From assembly GCA_041664285.1 (NCBI GenBank), contig JBAYLA010000001.1, positions 68,889 to 132,888 of the forward strand: a DNA stretch of 64,000 bases. Reading direction: 5' to 3'. A program made the translations under genes and the position numbers. Shown here one piece after another: positions 28,266 to 37,437 of this stretch (positions within the stretch are counted from its first letter, which is position 1; each line of letters starts with the position of its first letter). The notes below the pieces were generated by a model. That model was not told the DNA's origin. It did no database searches and worked only from the letters and a program-made list of their open reading frames with translations. The stretch comes from Minisyncoccota bacterium. Lineage in GTDB: Bacteria; Patescibacteriota; Minisyncoccia; Phycocordibacterales; UBA9973.

Positions 28266-28814
28266 ATGAAACATAATTTATTATTAAAATCATTATTTGT
28301 ACTTATGTTGACGATTGGCTTATCTTCATATGCATACGCTTCAGAAGTGACAGGAACATTATCTTCAACAAGTACAGGAAATGAAAATAGTACAAGTGTA
28401 AGTGGCTCTATTTCTGGAACAGTATCATCTCCTTCATCAGGAACTGGCGGTGGTTCCTTTAGCAATGGAAGTAGTAATGGTAGTGTTCTAGGTGCATCAA
28501 CGGGCCCAATAATAAGTCCTATTATCTCAACAAATAATACCTTTTCTCCTAACAATACAGCGTTCGTGCCCTCATCTCGTGGTCTGGCAATTAGTTCCGG
28601 AACAGATGATGGAGCAGTCGCTATTGATGGAAATGTATTAGGAGCTGAAGCAAATCCAGATATAACTTCTCCACAAATAGCTGCGGCTACAGGAGGGTTT
28701 ACTGGTTTTAGCGGGATGACTTGGTTTTGGATTATAATTCTGCTTTTATTACTTCTTGCATTTATAATTTATCTTTATAAGCGAGAGGATAAAAACAAAG
28801 TAAAAATCCAATAG
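28266..28814 (+). CDS. Ser/Thr/Gly-rich surface protein with C-terminal TM anchor
   Basis: Signal peptide, low-complexity STG-rich body, then WFWIIILLLLLLAFIIYLYKRED anchor with a basic tail. Confidence 0.5.
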   Translation: MKHNLLLKSLFVLMLTIGLSSYAYASEVTGTLSSTSTGNENSTSVSGSISGTVSSPSSGTGGGSFSNGSSNGSVLGASTGPIISPIISTNNTFSPNNTAFVPSSRGLAISSGTDDGAVAIDGNVLGAEANPDITSPQIAAATGGFTGFSGMTWFWIIILLLLLLAFIIYLYKREDKNKVKIQ

Positions 28815-28861
28815 TTCTAGATTAAAAAATAAATAGCAAAATATTTTTTAACATATTTGGC

Positions 28862-28898
28862 AAAAATCACCCTACACCAGTAGGGTGATTTTTTGTTG
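28862..28898 (+). terminator. Rho-independent terminator
   Basis: aaaaatcaccctac-acca-gtagggtgattttttg. Confidence 0.6.
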
Positions 28899-28931
28899 TA
28901 ATAATTTATAAACAACAACGGCTCCGGTGAT

Positions 28932-29489
28932 ATGAAAACAAAAAAGAAAGCGAATGGAGAAGATTTAGTGGAACACATATGGGAAAAAAGTTGGACTTAT
29001 ATTAAGACGGTTGTAGATGTAGTCAGAGAACCAATTTTAGTTCTAGACAAAGACTTAAGAGTGATGGCAGCCAATGAATCGTTCTATAGAGTTTTTCAGG
29101 TTGAATTAAAGGATACAGAAAATAAGGTGGTATATGAATTGGGAAATGGCCAATGGAATATACCTGATTTAAGGAAACTTCTCGAAGATATTCTGCCTAA
29201 AAACACTTTTTTTAAAGGCTTTGAGGTGACACACAACTTTCCATTTATTGGACGGAAAGTAATGATTTTAAATGCTTGTCAGATTCATTTTAAGGAAGAT
29301 ACAACGTCCAAGTCATTCCCGCCGATTATACTTTTAGCCATGGAGGATATTACGGATATGGTGGTCGTAGCAGAAACATTGGCTGACCACGCCAATAGTG
29401 TGGAAATAAAGTTTGTTAAAAAAACAGAGAAACTAGAAACACACATAAAAGAATTAGAAAGGAAAATAACAAAACTTCAGAAGAAATAA
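28932..29489 (+). CDS. PAS-domain protein with C-terminal coiled coil (no output domain)
   Basis: ILVLDKDLRVMAANESFYRVFQV...GRKVMILNACQI has the PAS-fold pattern. Confidence 0.45.
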   Translation: MKTKKKANGEDLVEHIWEKSWTYIKTVVDVVREPILVLDKDLRVMAANESFYRVFQVELKDTENKVVYELGNGQWNIPDLRKLLEDILPKNTFFKGFEVTHNFPFIGRKVMILNACQIHFKEDTTSKSFPPIILLAMEDITDMVVVAETLADHANSVEIKFVKKTEKLETHIKELERKITKLQKK

Positions 29490-29535
29490 GATACGAAAAT
29501 TGTAATATTTTTTTTACTGCAACGGCATCATAGGT

Positions 29536-30078
29536 ATGAATATGAAAGTAAAAAAAATAGCACTGCTCGTAATACCAGCCCTACTTTTTTCTTTTACTGC
29601 TTTGGCAAATGATACAAACTATCCAATAAATGAATATGATAGTATTTATAGATACAACGCCCTAGAAAATAAAACGTCCTTTATGCCTTCGAATCCAGGA
29701 GATGATTCTGATCAGTCAGATGTGATGTCTCCTGTAAATAATGAATTGACTGATGACATAAAAAAGTTAAAAGACATAATTGAAAGACAAAATAGTTCCA
29801 TAGAACAATCAGAAAATGCCATGAAAAATATAATGAACAGGAATGGAGTGGAAACCTTCTTGCTCGGAAACAACTTAGGAATACTTAAATTCCAAATGGT
29901 TCAAATGGAAGATCAGGGGTACAAGCTTAAAGCCCTCGCTTTTACAACAAAGGATTCTACGCTAGAAATAAAAATAAAAAACCAAATTGATATTCTTAAC
30001 AAAGAAAAAAGTAAGGTCGAAAATTTTATTTATCAGCGAGATAATAATTTTAGTTTATTTGGGTGGCTTGTAAACTAA
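29536..30078 (+). CDS. secreted hypothetical protein
   Basis: Signal peptide with a coiled-coil-like middle. Confidence 0.4.
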   Translation: MNMKVKKIALLVIPALLFSFTALANDTNYPINEYDSIYRYNALENKTSFMPSNPGDDSDQSDVMSPVNNELTDDIKKLKDIIERQNSSIEQSENAMKNIMNRNGVETFLLGNNLGILKFQMVQMEDQGYKLKALAFTTKDSTLEIKIKNQIDILNKEKSKVENFIYQRDNNFSLFGWLVN

Positions 30079-30099
30079 ACTTTATTTAAAAATAAAAAT

Positions 30100-30249
30100 A
30101 TGATTGGAACAATAATAGCTATTTTAATTGTTTTATGGCTTCTCGGTATGTTAACTTCGTTTACCTTGGGAGGATTAATTCACATCCTTCTTGTTATCGC
30201 AGTGATAATAGTTCTTATTCGAATTATTAGGGGTGAAAGAATTTTTTAA
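30100..30249 (+). CDS. lmo0937-family small membrane protein (49 aa; not in the ORF table)
   Basis: MIGTIIAILIVLWLLGMLTSFTLGGLIHILLVIAVIIVLIRIIRGERIF is the family pattern (LLVLWLLG...GGLIHLLLVIAII). Confidence 0.5.
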   Translation: MIGTIIAILIVLWLLGMLTSFTLGGLIHILLVIAVIIVLIRIIRGERIF

Positions 30250-30269
30250 AAATTAACTAAGTAAAAATT

Positions 30270-31031
30270 ATGAAAAACACAACAATAGGAATTATTATAG
30301 CAGTAGTTGTCATCATTGGTGGAATATATCTTTTTACTCGTACATCAAATACGCCTAGTGTCAGCTCTATTCCGTCCCAAAATCAAAACAATAATGCTCA
30401 AGGTCGGGTAGTTTTATCAATTACTGACGCAGCAATTAATATGAGTACTATCAGTCAAATCAATATGACGATAAGTTCAATCGACATCCACAGCCAAACT
30501 AATGGTTGGATAACGACTTCGGGAACGCCCCAAACATATAATTTGCTCGATTTGAATGCAAAGAATGAAAGTAAAATTTTCACAGACTTTCAAGCACCCG
30601 TTGGCACTTATGACATGGTACGTCTTTCAGTGGACAAGGTTGTCGTAGTACCAAAAACTGGAGCAATACAAGAAGCTAAACTGCCTTCAGGCGAATTAAA
30701 AATTAATACTACCCTGGTGGTTAAAGATGGGACAACCTCAAGCATTAGTTTTGACTTTATGGCCGATAAATCACTCCATATGACAGGCAACGGAAACTAT
30801 ATTTTCGCACCGGTTGTAAAAACAGAAACAAGAAGTGAAGCAAACGTAACAGTAAATTCAGATAACACTATTAAGATAAACGGAGGTCATATTGATACCG
30901 ATACGACAGACGGTATGGATATTGACGGTAGTGTTAAAAATAATTTCCAAATCAAAGCCGATGAAAAACTCGATGTTGTTAATGGAGTCATTAAGATTCA
31001 CAGCACGTTAAATACCAATAAGCAAAATTAA
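30270..31031 (+). CDS. secreted hypothetical protein
   Basis: N-terminal TM/signal, Thr/Asn-rich. Confidence 0.4.
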   Translation: MKNTTIGIIIAVVVIIGGIYLFTRTSNTPSVSSIPSQNQNNNAQGRVVLSITDAAINMSTISQINMTISSIDIHSQTNGWITTSGTPQTYNLLDLNAKNESKIFTDFQAPVGTYDMVRLSVDKVVVVPKTGAIQEAKLPSGELKINTTLVVKDGTTSSISFDFMADKSLHMTGNGNYIFAPVVKTETRSEANVTVNSDNTIKINGGHIDTDTTDGMDIDGSVKNNFQIKADEKLDVVNGVIKIHSTLNTNKQN

Positions 31032-31084
31032 AAAACTTATTATCAAATAAGCTCAAAAAAATTAATAGATAATTAAAAAAATAT

Positions 31085-31441
31085 ATGGACTCATATAATT
31101 CTCCCACCACTAAACCGTTATATCGTGGCACTCAAGTTGTTTGGTATATTCTAGGTCTTCTGGAAGTGCTATTGGCATTTCGCTTTGTCTTAAAACTGTT
31201 GGCTGCCAATCCGGGAGCTGGTTTCAGTAGTTTTATTTACAATGTCAGTTATCCTTTTGCCATGCCATTTCTCAGCGTCTTTCATGTTTCGCAGGTTGAG
31301 GGTAATGTTTCTGAATGGACCACTCTTTTAGCTATGTTAGTCTACTGGCTGATTGCCTGGGGCATTGTTAAGCTGTTCTTTATGAGTAAAACAGTTTCTA
31401 CTCCGGAAGCGGCTGCTAAATTGGACACGGAAAATAAATAG
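31085..31441 (+). CDS. small hypothetical membrane protein
   Basis: 118 aa with 2-3 TM helices. Confidence 0.35.
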   Translation: MDSYNSPTTKPLYRGTQVVWYILGLLEVLLAFRFVLKLLAANPGAGFSSFIYNVSYPFAMPFLSVFHVSQVEGNVSEWTTLLAMLVYWLIAWGIVKLFFMSKTVSTPEAAAKLDTENK

Positions 31442-32332
31442 TTATTTAATATTTGATATTATCTTAAGTAATAAAGTAATGGATTCAGAAAGAGAGAACA
31501 TGTGTCCCATATTTTTTATTATTTCTAATTCAGAATTTGGGATATTTTTGTTTAAAAATTGACTGTGTTCTACCGGAAAACAAGGGTCGTTTTCTCCGTG
31601 GAAAATAAAAGTTGGAACATATATATTTTTAACTAGTTCTAATCTATCTTTAGAATTAGCTACAGCTAGACCGTGATTGAAGGGGGAGAATTTATTTTTG
31701 TTTCTTTTGTTTGATAAATCTATTAGTTTAATCAGCTCACCTAGATCCTCGTTGTGCAATTCGTGCCCAAAGAATATTTTCCATCCTTCTATCTGACTTT
31801 TTCTAAATTCTTCATCATTTTCAGGAGGATTATTTTTACTATTTTCTATATAATCAATAAATTTTTGGTCTGGGTAAGGTAATTCATATTTATTATTAAA
31901 ATTACCCATCGTTGCATCCATATATGATCTATGATCTGCAGTTGTTGATATTAGAGTTAAGGTTTTTAATCTATCTGGAAAGTTAACTGCTAATAATTGC
32001 CCAATATATCCACCCATAGATATGCCTACAATGTGAGCTTTAGGAATATTGTATCCATCTAAAATTTCAACGACATCATTTGTTAAATTATCTAAGTTAT
32101 ATGGATGCTTCTGAAAATCAACAACCGAAGAAAAACCAGTATCTCTATGGTCATACCTAATAACAAAAAAATTATTATCAGACAATTCTTTACAAAATGA
32201 ATCATACCAAAAGATACCTTGATTCATCGCTCCCATTATTAAAACAATCGCTGGATTTTTTATATCTCCAATTGATTCTGTAAATATTTCCAACCCGTCT
32301 TTTGTTTTTATATATTTCTCTTTTAAATTCAT
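31442..32332 (-). CDS. alpha/beta hydrolase
   Basis: HIVGISMGGYIG is a GxSxG nucleophile elbow, and IFHGENDPCFP has the Asp/His region. Confidence 0.65.
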   Translation of the reverse strand: MNLKEKYIKTKDGLEIFTESIGDIKNPAIVLIMGAMNQGIFWYDSFCKELSDNNFFVIRYDHRDTGFSSVVDFQKHPYNLDNLTNDVVEILDGYNIPKAHIVGISMGGYIGQLLAVNFPDRLKTLTLISTTADHRSYMDATMGNFNNKYELPYPDQKFIDYIENSKNNPPENDEEFRKSQIEGWKIFFGHELHNEDLGELIKLIDLSNKRNKNKFSPFNHGLAVANSKDRLELVKNIYVPTFIFHGENDPCFPVEHSQFLNKNIPNSELEIIKNMGHMFSLSESITLLLKIISNIK

Positions 32333-32367
32333 AAAAACATTCTATCATTTCTCCCACAATTTTTTGT

Positions 32368-32838
32368 TTATATTTTTCCAACAATTACTACATAATTTTT
32401 ACCATATTTTTTAGCACATTTAGGACAAGTGGTATACCACATATATGTTTTTTGAACTACTATTCCTTTATCTTTGGTATAGCTTTCAAAATCCTTCATC
32501 CATTTTCCTGTATCTTTAAAATTTCCTTCATATACTTTACTTAAAAATTTTCCACTTAAAAATACATTCTCTAAATTCGGGATGTCTTTATCTGTTGCTA
32601 AATATAAATCCATGTTCCATTTTGAAGTGTGGTCACTTAAAAGCATTCCATCAACCATAGTGGCTCCTACTTCTTCAAATTTCTTACACAATCGTGTCAT
32701 CACCGAGCCAAAATTAATAGGCATATAAAATAAAGTAAAAACTTTATTTTTAATGAACTTTTTATTATTCCATTCAAAAACCCTTTCGTCCCAAGGGGCG
32801 GGATCAAATTTTGGACAACAAATTTTTTCTTCGTTCAT
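32368..32838 (-). CDS. hypothetical protein
   Basis: 156 aa, no motif assigned. Confidence 0.35.
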   Translation of the reverse strand: MNEEKICCPKFDPAPWDERVFEWNNKKFIKNKVFTLFYMPINFGSVMTRLCKKFEEVGATMVDGMLLSDHTSKWNMDLYLATDKDIPNLENVFLSGKFLSKVYEGNFKDTGKWMKDFESYTKDKGIVVQKTYMWYTTCPKCAKKYGKNYVVIVGKI

Positions 32839-33037
32839 ATGATTTTTATTTTAAGTTAATAATAAAAATTATATCATAGGTTCGACACTAAATATAAATT
32901 AAAAATTTTGCAATCAACGGATTTACAAATTATTGACAATTAAAAATAATTGTGTTAAAGTTAATCGAAGTTTGTCAGGAGTTGTCCTTTAATAATAAGT
33001 TTTTAATTAAATAAAAATAGCTAAGAAGGAGATAATA

Positions 33038-33751
33038 ATGAAGGGAGCTAGATTGAGACTTAAAGACCACGGAGATTTCTCGCCATATTTAAAGGAAATT
33101 TGTCAATTTCCTCTTTTATCGAGAGATGAAGAAACCGCACTGGCTAAGCATAAAGAAAAAGGAAAAGAAGAAGCCCAGGAGAAAATGACAAAAGCCAATC
33201 TTAAGTTGGTTGTAAGTATCGCAAAGAAATACAAAAATCGAGGATTACAATTCTTCGATTTGGTCCAAGAAGGTAATATCGGCTTGATGAAAGCTGTTGA
33301 AAAATTTGATTGGACGAAAGGATACAAATTTTCTACCTATGCGGTGTGGTGGATTCGGCAGGCCATCCAAAAGGCATTAGCCGATCAATCAAGAACTGTT
33401 AGAGTTCCAGTGCATATGGTTGAAAAGATTAATTGTCTAATTCGTGCTTCTCGTGATTTTGTCCAGGAGTTTGGTCGTGAGCCAACTCCCGAAGAAATCG
33501 CCAAGAAGACGGAATATTCACTAGAAAAAGTGATGGAGATATTAAAAATCTCCAAAGGAACTATTTCTTTTGAGACTCCCATAGGGGAAGAAGAGGACTT
33601 AACCTTAGGAGACTTTGTGGAAGACAAAGAAAGTGGAGATCCGCTTTCTTTGTCTGTCAATGTTGATTTAGAGGAAATTGTTAGAAAAACTCTTTCAACA
33701 TTGAGGACGCCGGAGGAAAAAGTTATTAGACTTCGTTTTGGCATTTGCTAG
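33038..33751 (+). CDS. sigma-70 family sigma factor (regions 1.2-3 and start of 4.1) terminating before the region 4.2 HTH
   Basis: Region 2 [13 protein letters not shown]...[18 protein letters not shown]...[13 protein letters not shown] and region 3 [12 protein letters not shown]. The ORF ends ...[12 protein letters not shown] where homologs continue into the -35-binding helix-turn-helix. A hairpin terminator follows. Confidence 0.65.
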   Translation: MKGARLRLKDHGDFSPYLKEICQFPLLSRDEETALAKHKEKGKEEAQEKMTKANLKLVVSIAKKYKNRGLQFFDLVQEGNIGLMKAVEKFDWTKGYKFSTYAVWWIRQAIQKALADQSRTVRVPVHMVEKINCLIRASRDFVQEFGREPTPEEIAKKTEYSLEKVMEILKISKGTISFETPIGEEEDLTLGDFVEDKESGDPLSLSVNVDLEEIVRKTLSTLRTPEEKVIRLRFGIC

Positions 33752-33786
33752 GACGAAAGCAAAGAAAGAAAGTTAAACCATCAAAC

Positions 33787-33824
33787 GAGAGCCTACGACT
33801 GAAAAAGCGTAGGCTCTCTTTTAC
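33787..33824 (+). terminator. Rho-independent terminator
   Basis: gagagcctacg-actgaaaaag-cgtaggctctctttt. Confidence 0.55.
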
Positions 33825-33920
33825 ATAAAATCAGAATTTACTAATTTTTTCTACAATATTCCACTAGATAGAGGATGCTAGAACTTGTTTGTTTAAGAGA
33901 AGAATAAGAAAGATTTATAT

Positions 33921-34550
33921 TTAGTTTATTAACTCTAAACGTTCTTCTCGTTTATAAAAATAATAAGTTGAAATTATAATAAATATTAAAAATACTGTAG
34001 ACAGTAAGGTGAAATATGGCAATAAATTGATTTGAGCCATAAACATTACAAGTTCGAGTATTACAATACAAAGAACAAAAATGTTTTTGGTTATAGGTTT
34101 TAGATAACGATGAGCTATTGAAAATTGAGAAATGGAATAAAGAGATAAACTTATTATAACTACAATAAATGTTGCTGTTCTTAAAAATATGTCACTAGTT
34201 ACAGCATTTATTACTAATGGAATTGACAAAACTAATAGATATACTCCAAAATACTCTGATAATACATTTCCAATAAGCATATAATTTTTTGCCTTATTTC
34301 CATTAAGTCTTGTTATTTCTCCTGACGCGTTTGAATATATTATGGATGAGAAAAGAAAACCAAACGTACTAATAATTAAAAAAAGTATTGGTATTTTAAT
34401 GGTTATGTTCATATCTGCAATGCGTGTTATGAGTAACCCTAAAAAGAAAGATGTAACGGCAGTCATAAATGAAGTAAGAGAAACACCAGTTTGAACTTCT
34501 GCTTGGTAAAGATTCAAATCCTCTTTGTTATTTGATGTCATAGTAAACAT
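33921..34550 (-). CDS. hypothetical polytopic membrane protein
   Basis: 209 aa with about 6 TM helices. Confidence 0.4.
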   Translation of the reverse strand: MFTMTSNNKEDLNLYQAEVQTGVSLTSFMTAVTSFFLGLLITRIADMNITIKIPILFLIISTFGFLFSSIIYSNASGEITRLNGNKAKNYMLIGNVLSEYFGVYLLVLSIPLVINAVTSDIFLRTATFIVVIISLSLYSISQFSIAHRYLKPITKNIFVLCIVILELVMFMAQINLLPYFTLLSTVFLIFIIISTYYFYKREERLELIN

Positions 34551-34635
34551 ATTATATATCTTGTAATTGTTTTAAACAAGAAATTTAATATTTATTTTGC
34601 TCCGAACTTGGGAGGATGTTCGAAGGGCGATAATA

Positions 34636-35256
34636 TTAGAAATTGGACAGAATTCTTTTTAGGCTAATTTTTAAATCTTTAACGTTGGTAAACAAAATAC
34701 CATTAATACCCAATGTCTTAGCTGCTTTTACATTTTTTTCTTTATCATCAATAAAAACTACTTCCTTAGACTTTACCCCTAATTGTCTTAAAACTGTTTT
34801 ATAAATATTTAAATTGGGTTTCATTATTTTCATATCTGTTGATATAAAACTTTTTGAAAAAATATCATATAAACCAGCTTCTTTATTAATTTTAGCAATC
34901 TCTATTTCTGTATTTACCAAACACACAACCAAGTATTTTTTCTTTAATTTTTCTATGAGCCTTAAGACATTAATATTTCTTTTTTGACATTTTTTATACA
35001 GTTCAATATGTTTTTGAACTAATTCAGATGATGTTATTTCTTTTTCAACTTTAATTTTTTTTAGAATTTTAGAATAAAATTGACCAAGACTAACTTCTCC
35101 TTTTGTAAGTTTATTGTTTATATTTTTATATAATTTTCTTAGGTTATTTTTTGTAATCTTCAGTAATCTAGAAATATGGTCGTCTATAAAATCTCTTTTT
35201 TCAGGAACTAATACGCCCCCTAAATCAAAAATTATAACTTTTATATTACTTTTCAT
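34636..35256 (-). CDS. HAD-superfamily hydrolase (subfamily IA-like)
   Basis: VIIFDLGGVLV (motif I DxDG...) and VVFIDDKEKN (motif IV region). Confidence 0.65.
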   Translation of the reverse strand: MKSNIKVIIFDLGGVLVPEKRDFIDDHISRLLKITKNNLRKLYKNINNKLTKGEVSLGQFYSKILKKIKVEKEITSSELVQKHIELYKKCQKRNINVLRLIEKLKKKYLVVCLVNTEIEIAKINKEAGLYDIFSKSFISTDMKIMKPNLNIYKTVLRQLGVKSKEVVFIDDKEKNVKAAKTLGINGILFTNVKDLKISLKRILSNF

Positions 35257-35311
35257 AAAAAAATTATATCATAGGCTCGAACTTCTACTAAGACAGGGGA
35301 AACCTAATTGA

Positions 35312-35716
35312 TTAAATATTATTAATATTTTCTTCAATGTTTTTCCAATTCCAAGCAGTCCAAACAATGAATAAGACACACGCGATTTCTACAACTGAGA
35401 AAAATACATAATAAATAGTCGGTATTCCAATAAATAACGTTAAAATCTGAACAGCAACCATTATTGTACCAGCAATGATATTTGCCCAGCGATTTATTTT
35501 ATATTTCAATATACGAGAAAGGAGAATCATAACTATCGGAATTTCCATCAGTATGGCAGCCCCTAATAAAAATCCTTGAGTGAGCTGTGGACCTGTTTGT
35601 TTAATAGGGTCTATTAGTGTTATAACATCACAGTAAAGATAATTGAACATTACAAATACCCATAACAACGAGAATTTCTCTTCAATATTTTTTAATTTAT
35701 TCATGTTATTTATCAT
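35312..35716 (-). CDS. hypothetical membrane protein
   Basis: Start moved to the internal Met (MINNMNKLKN). The longer ORF-table start would translate the tRNA-Asn gene. Confidence 0.4.
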   Translation of the reverse strand: MINNMNKLKNIEEKFSLLWVFVMFNYLYCDVITLIDPIKQTGPQLTQGFLLGAAILMEIPIVMILLSRILKYKINRWANIIAGTIMVAVQILTLFIGIPTIYYVFFSVVEIACVLFIVWTAWNWKNIEENINNI

Positions 35717-35769
35717 ATCACAGGTTCGAACTTCTTCTAAGGTAGGGGAAATAAGGTTATTTTCGTTTG

Positions 35770-35841
35770 CTCCGGGGGTAGGGATCGAACCTACGACCAA
35801 TCGCTTAACAGGCGACCGCTCTACCGCTGAGCTACCCCGGA
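35770..35841 (-). tRNA. tRNA-Asn(GTT)
   Basis: Reverse complement UCCGGGGUAGCUCAGCGGUAGAGC...GUCGC-CUGUUAA-GCGAU...GGUUCGAUCCCUACCCCGGAG with a 7-bp acceptor stem. Confidence 0.85.
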
Positions 35842-35993
35842 ATGTATTTTAATTTCGAAAGAACTTTAACTATCTTAACAGAAATTATCCAAAAAACAAC
35901 ATAAACGAACCAATTACTAAGAAAAAATATTGTTATTTATAAAAAATTAGAGTATAATAAGACTTAACTTATTAATAATTTTAAATTAAATTT

Positions 35994-36125
35994 ATGGCAA
36001 AAAGAGCAACTACACTTAGTCCAAAAAAGAAATCTAGACGTTCACACAAGACTGCAAAAAGACTTGCAGTGAAGAGAGTTATGTTAGCTAAAAAGGGAGC
36101 TAGAAATAAGGCTAAATTCGGATAA
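35994..36125 (+). CDS. small basic protein (43 aa), possibly a ribosomal protein (bL32-like?)
   Basis: MAKRATTLSPKKKSRRSHKTAKRLAVKRVMLAKKGARNKAKFG, with a tataat box upstream. Not in the ORF table. Confidence 0.3.
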   Translation: MAKRATTLSPKKKSRRSHKTAKRLAVKRVMLAKKGARNKAKFG

Positions 36126-36214
36126 AATTACTAAATATCCCTTACTTCCATATAAGCTAGGATTTATTCTAGCTTATTGTTTTATTTAGTCCTAATTTAT
36201 GGTATAATAGGAGT

Positions 36215-36889
36215 ATGGAAAACATAAAAAACTATAGTATTTGGATTATTGGTGGAGTATTATTAATTTTTTCTTTGCTTTGTTTTTTTGCTGCAAGAGA
36301 TTTCTCTAAACAACAATCTTATGTAGAAGTAAAAGGTTTGTCTGAAAAAATAGTGAAAGCGGATGTCGCTATTTGGTCAATTAATTTTGAAGTTAAATCA
36401 AACAATGTTGATTCCCTTTATGCTGACATAGAAAAAAATGTTACAACTATTAAATCTTTCTTGAAAGAAAAAGGTTTTGAAGATAGTGAAATAAATATTG
36501 CTCCAGTTAATACTTATCAAGACACATACAAAGATGCACTGTTCAGATATAATTCTAATACTCAATTATCTGTTTATACTAAAAAAGTAGATTTAGTTAA
36601 ATCTGCCTCAAAGGCTACTTTAATTTTAGTGAAGAGTGGAATTGTTATGAATCAGAATTCTGTGTCTTTTGAATTTTCAGATATTAATAGTGTTAAACCA
36701 GAAATGTTAGCGGAAGCAATAAAAAATGCGAAAGATACAGCTGCCCAATTTGCTAAAGAATCTGGGTCCAGTTTAGGGAGTGTGTCTCGAGGGAATCAGG
36801 GTGTGTTTGACATTACTGACAAAGACCCTGGCTCTCCAGAATTTAAAAAAATTCGAGTAGTTTCCACCCTTAGATTTTTGTTAAAATAA
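36215..36889 (+). CDS. SIMPL (DUF541) domain secreted protein
   Basis: N-terminal TM; VEVKGLSEKIVKADVAIWSINFEVK fits the SIMPL pattern. Confidence 0.45.
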   Translation: MENIKNYSIWIIGGVLLIFSLLCFFAARDFSKQQSYVEVKGLSEKIVKADVAIWSINFEVKSNNVDSLYADIEKNVTTIKSFLKEKGFEDSEINIAPVNTYQDTYKDALFRYNSNTQLSVYTKKVDLVKSASKATLILVKSGIVMNQNSVSFEFSDINSVKPEMLAEAIKNAKDTAAQFAKESGSSLGSVSRGNQGVFDITDKDPGSPEFKKIRVVSTLRFLLK

Positions 36890-36905
36890 ATTTTATAAAA
36901 ACAAA

Positions 36906-37436
36906 TTGATGTCCAAGAAGTCTTTATCCCAAAAACCCCTCGGCCGTAGACCTATGGGCGAGGCAAAAAAGAAAAATAAAAAAATCGTAATGGTTAGCGG
37001 GGGATTTGATCCAGTGCATGTTGGTCATGTAAGGTTGTACAACGAAGCAAGGAAGCTTGGTGATGAGCTTGTGCTTTATCTTAATAATGACAATTGGTTG
37101 CGTGCTAAAAAAGGATTTGTTTTTATGCCTGAACAAGAAAGAAAAGAAATTCTTGAGTCGCTTGAAGCAGTTGATAGAGTTATCATAAGTGATCATCCGA
37201 AAAATACGAAAGACATGAGTGTTTGTAATGGTTTGATGAAAATAAAACCGCATATTTTTGCGAATGGAGGGGACAGAGATGAAAAAGATGCAAATGATCC
37301 AAATTCTTCTTTGTACAAAGAAAGAGAAATACATAAAAAACTTGGCATCAAGATGGTATACAACGTAGGACATGGCGGGAAAGTTCAAAGCTCGTCAGAT
37401 TTAGTAAAAAAAGCAAAATTAAAAAAGAAAAAATAA
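36906..37436 (+). CDS. cytidylyltransferase-family nucleotidyltransferase (RfaE domain II / TagD-like sugar-phosphate adenylyl/cytidylyltransferase)
   Basis: MVSGGFDPVHVGHVRL is the HxGH motif, and ISDHP is present. Confidence 0.6.
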   Translation: MMSKKSLSQKPLGRRPMGEAKKKNKKIVMVSGGFDPVHVGHVRLYNEARKLGDELVLYLNNDNWLRAKKGFVFMPEQERKEILESLEAVDRVIISDHPKNTKDMSVCNGLMKIKPHIFANGGDRDEKDANDPNSSLYKEREIHKKLGIKMVYNVGHGGKVQSSSDLVKKAKLKKKK

Positions 37437-37437
37437 A

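Noticed and set aside
35717-35800. N-terminal extension of ORF 35312..35800 (MVVGSIPTPGANEN...)
   Set aside because: It translates the tRNA-Asn gene. Start moved to the internal Met.
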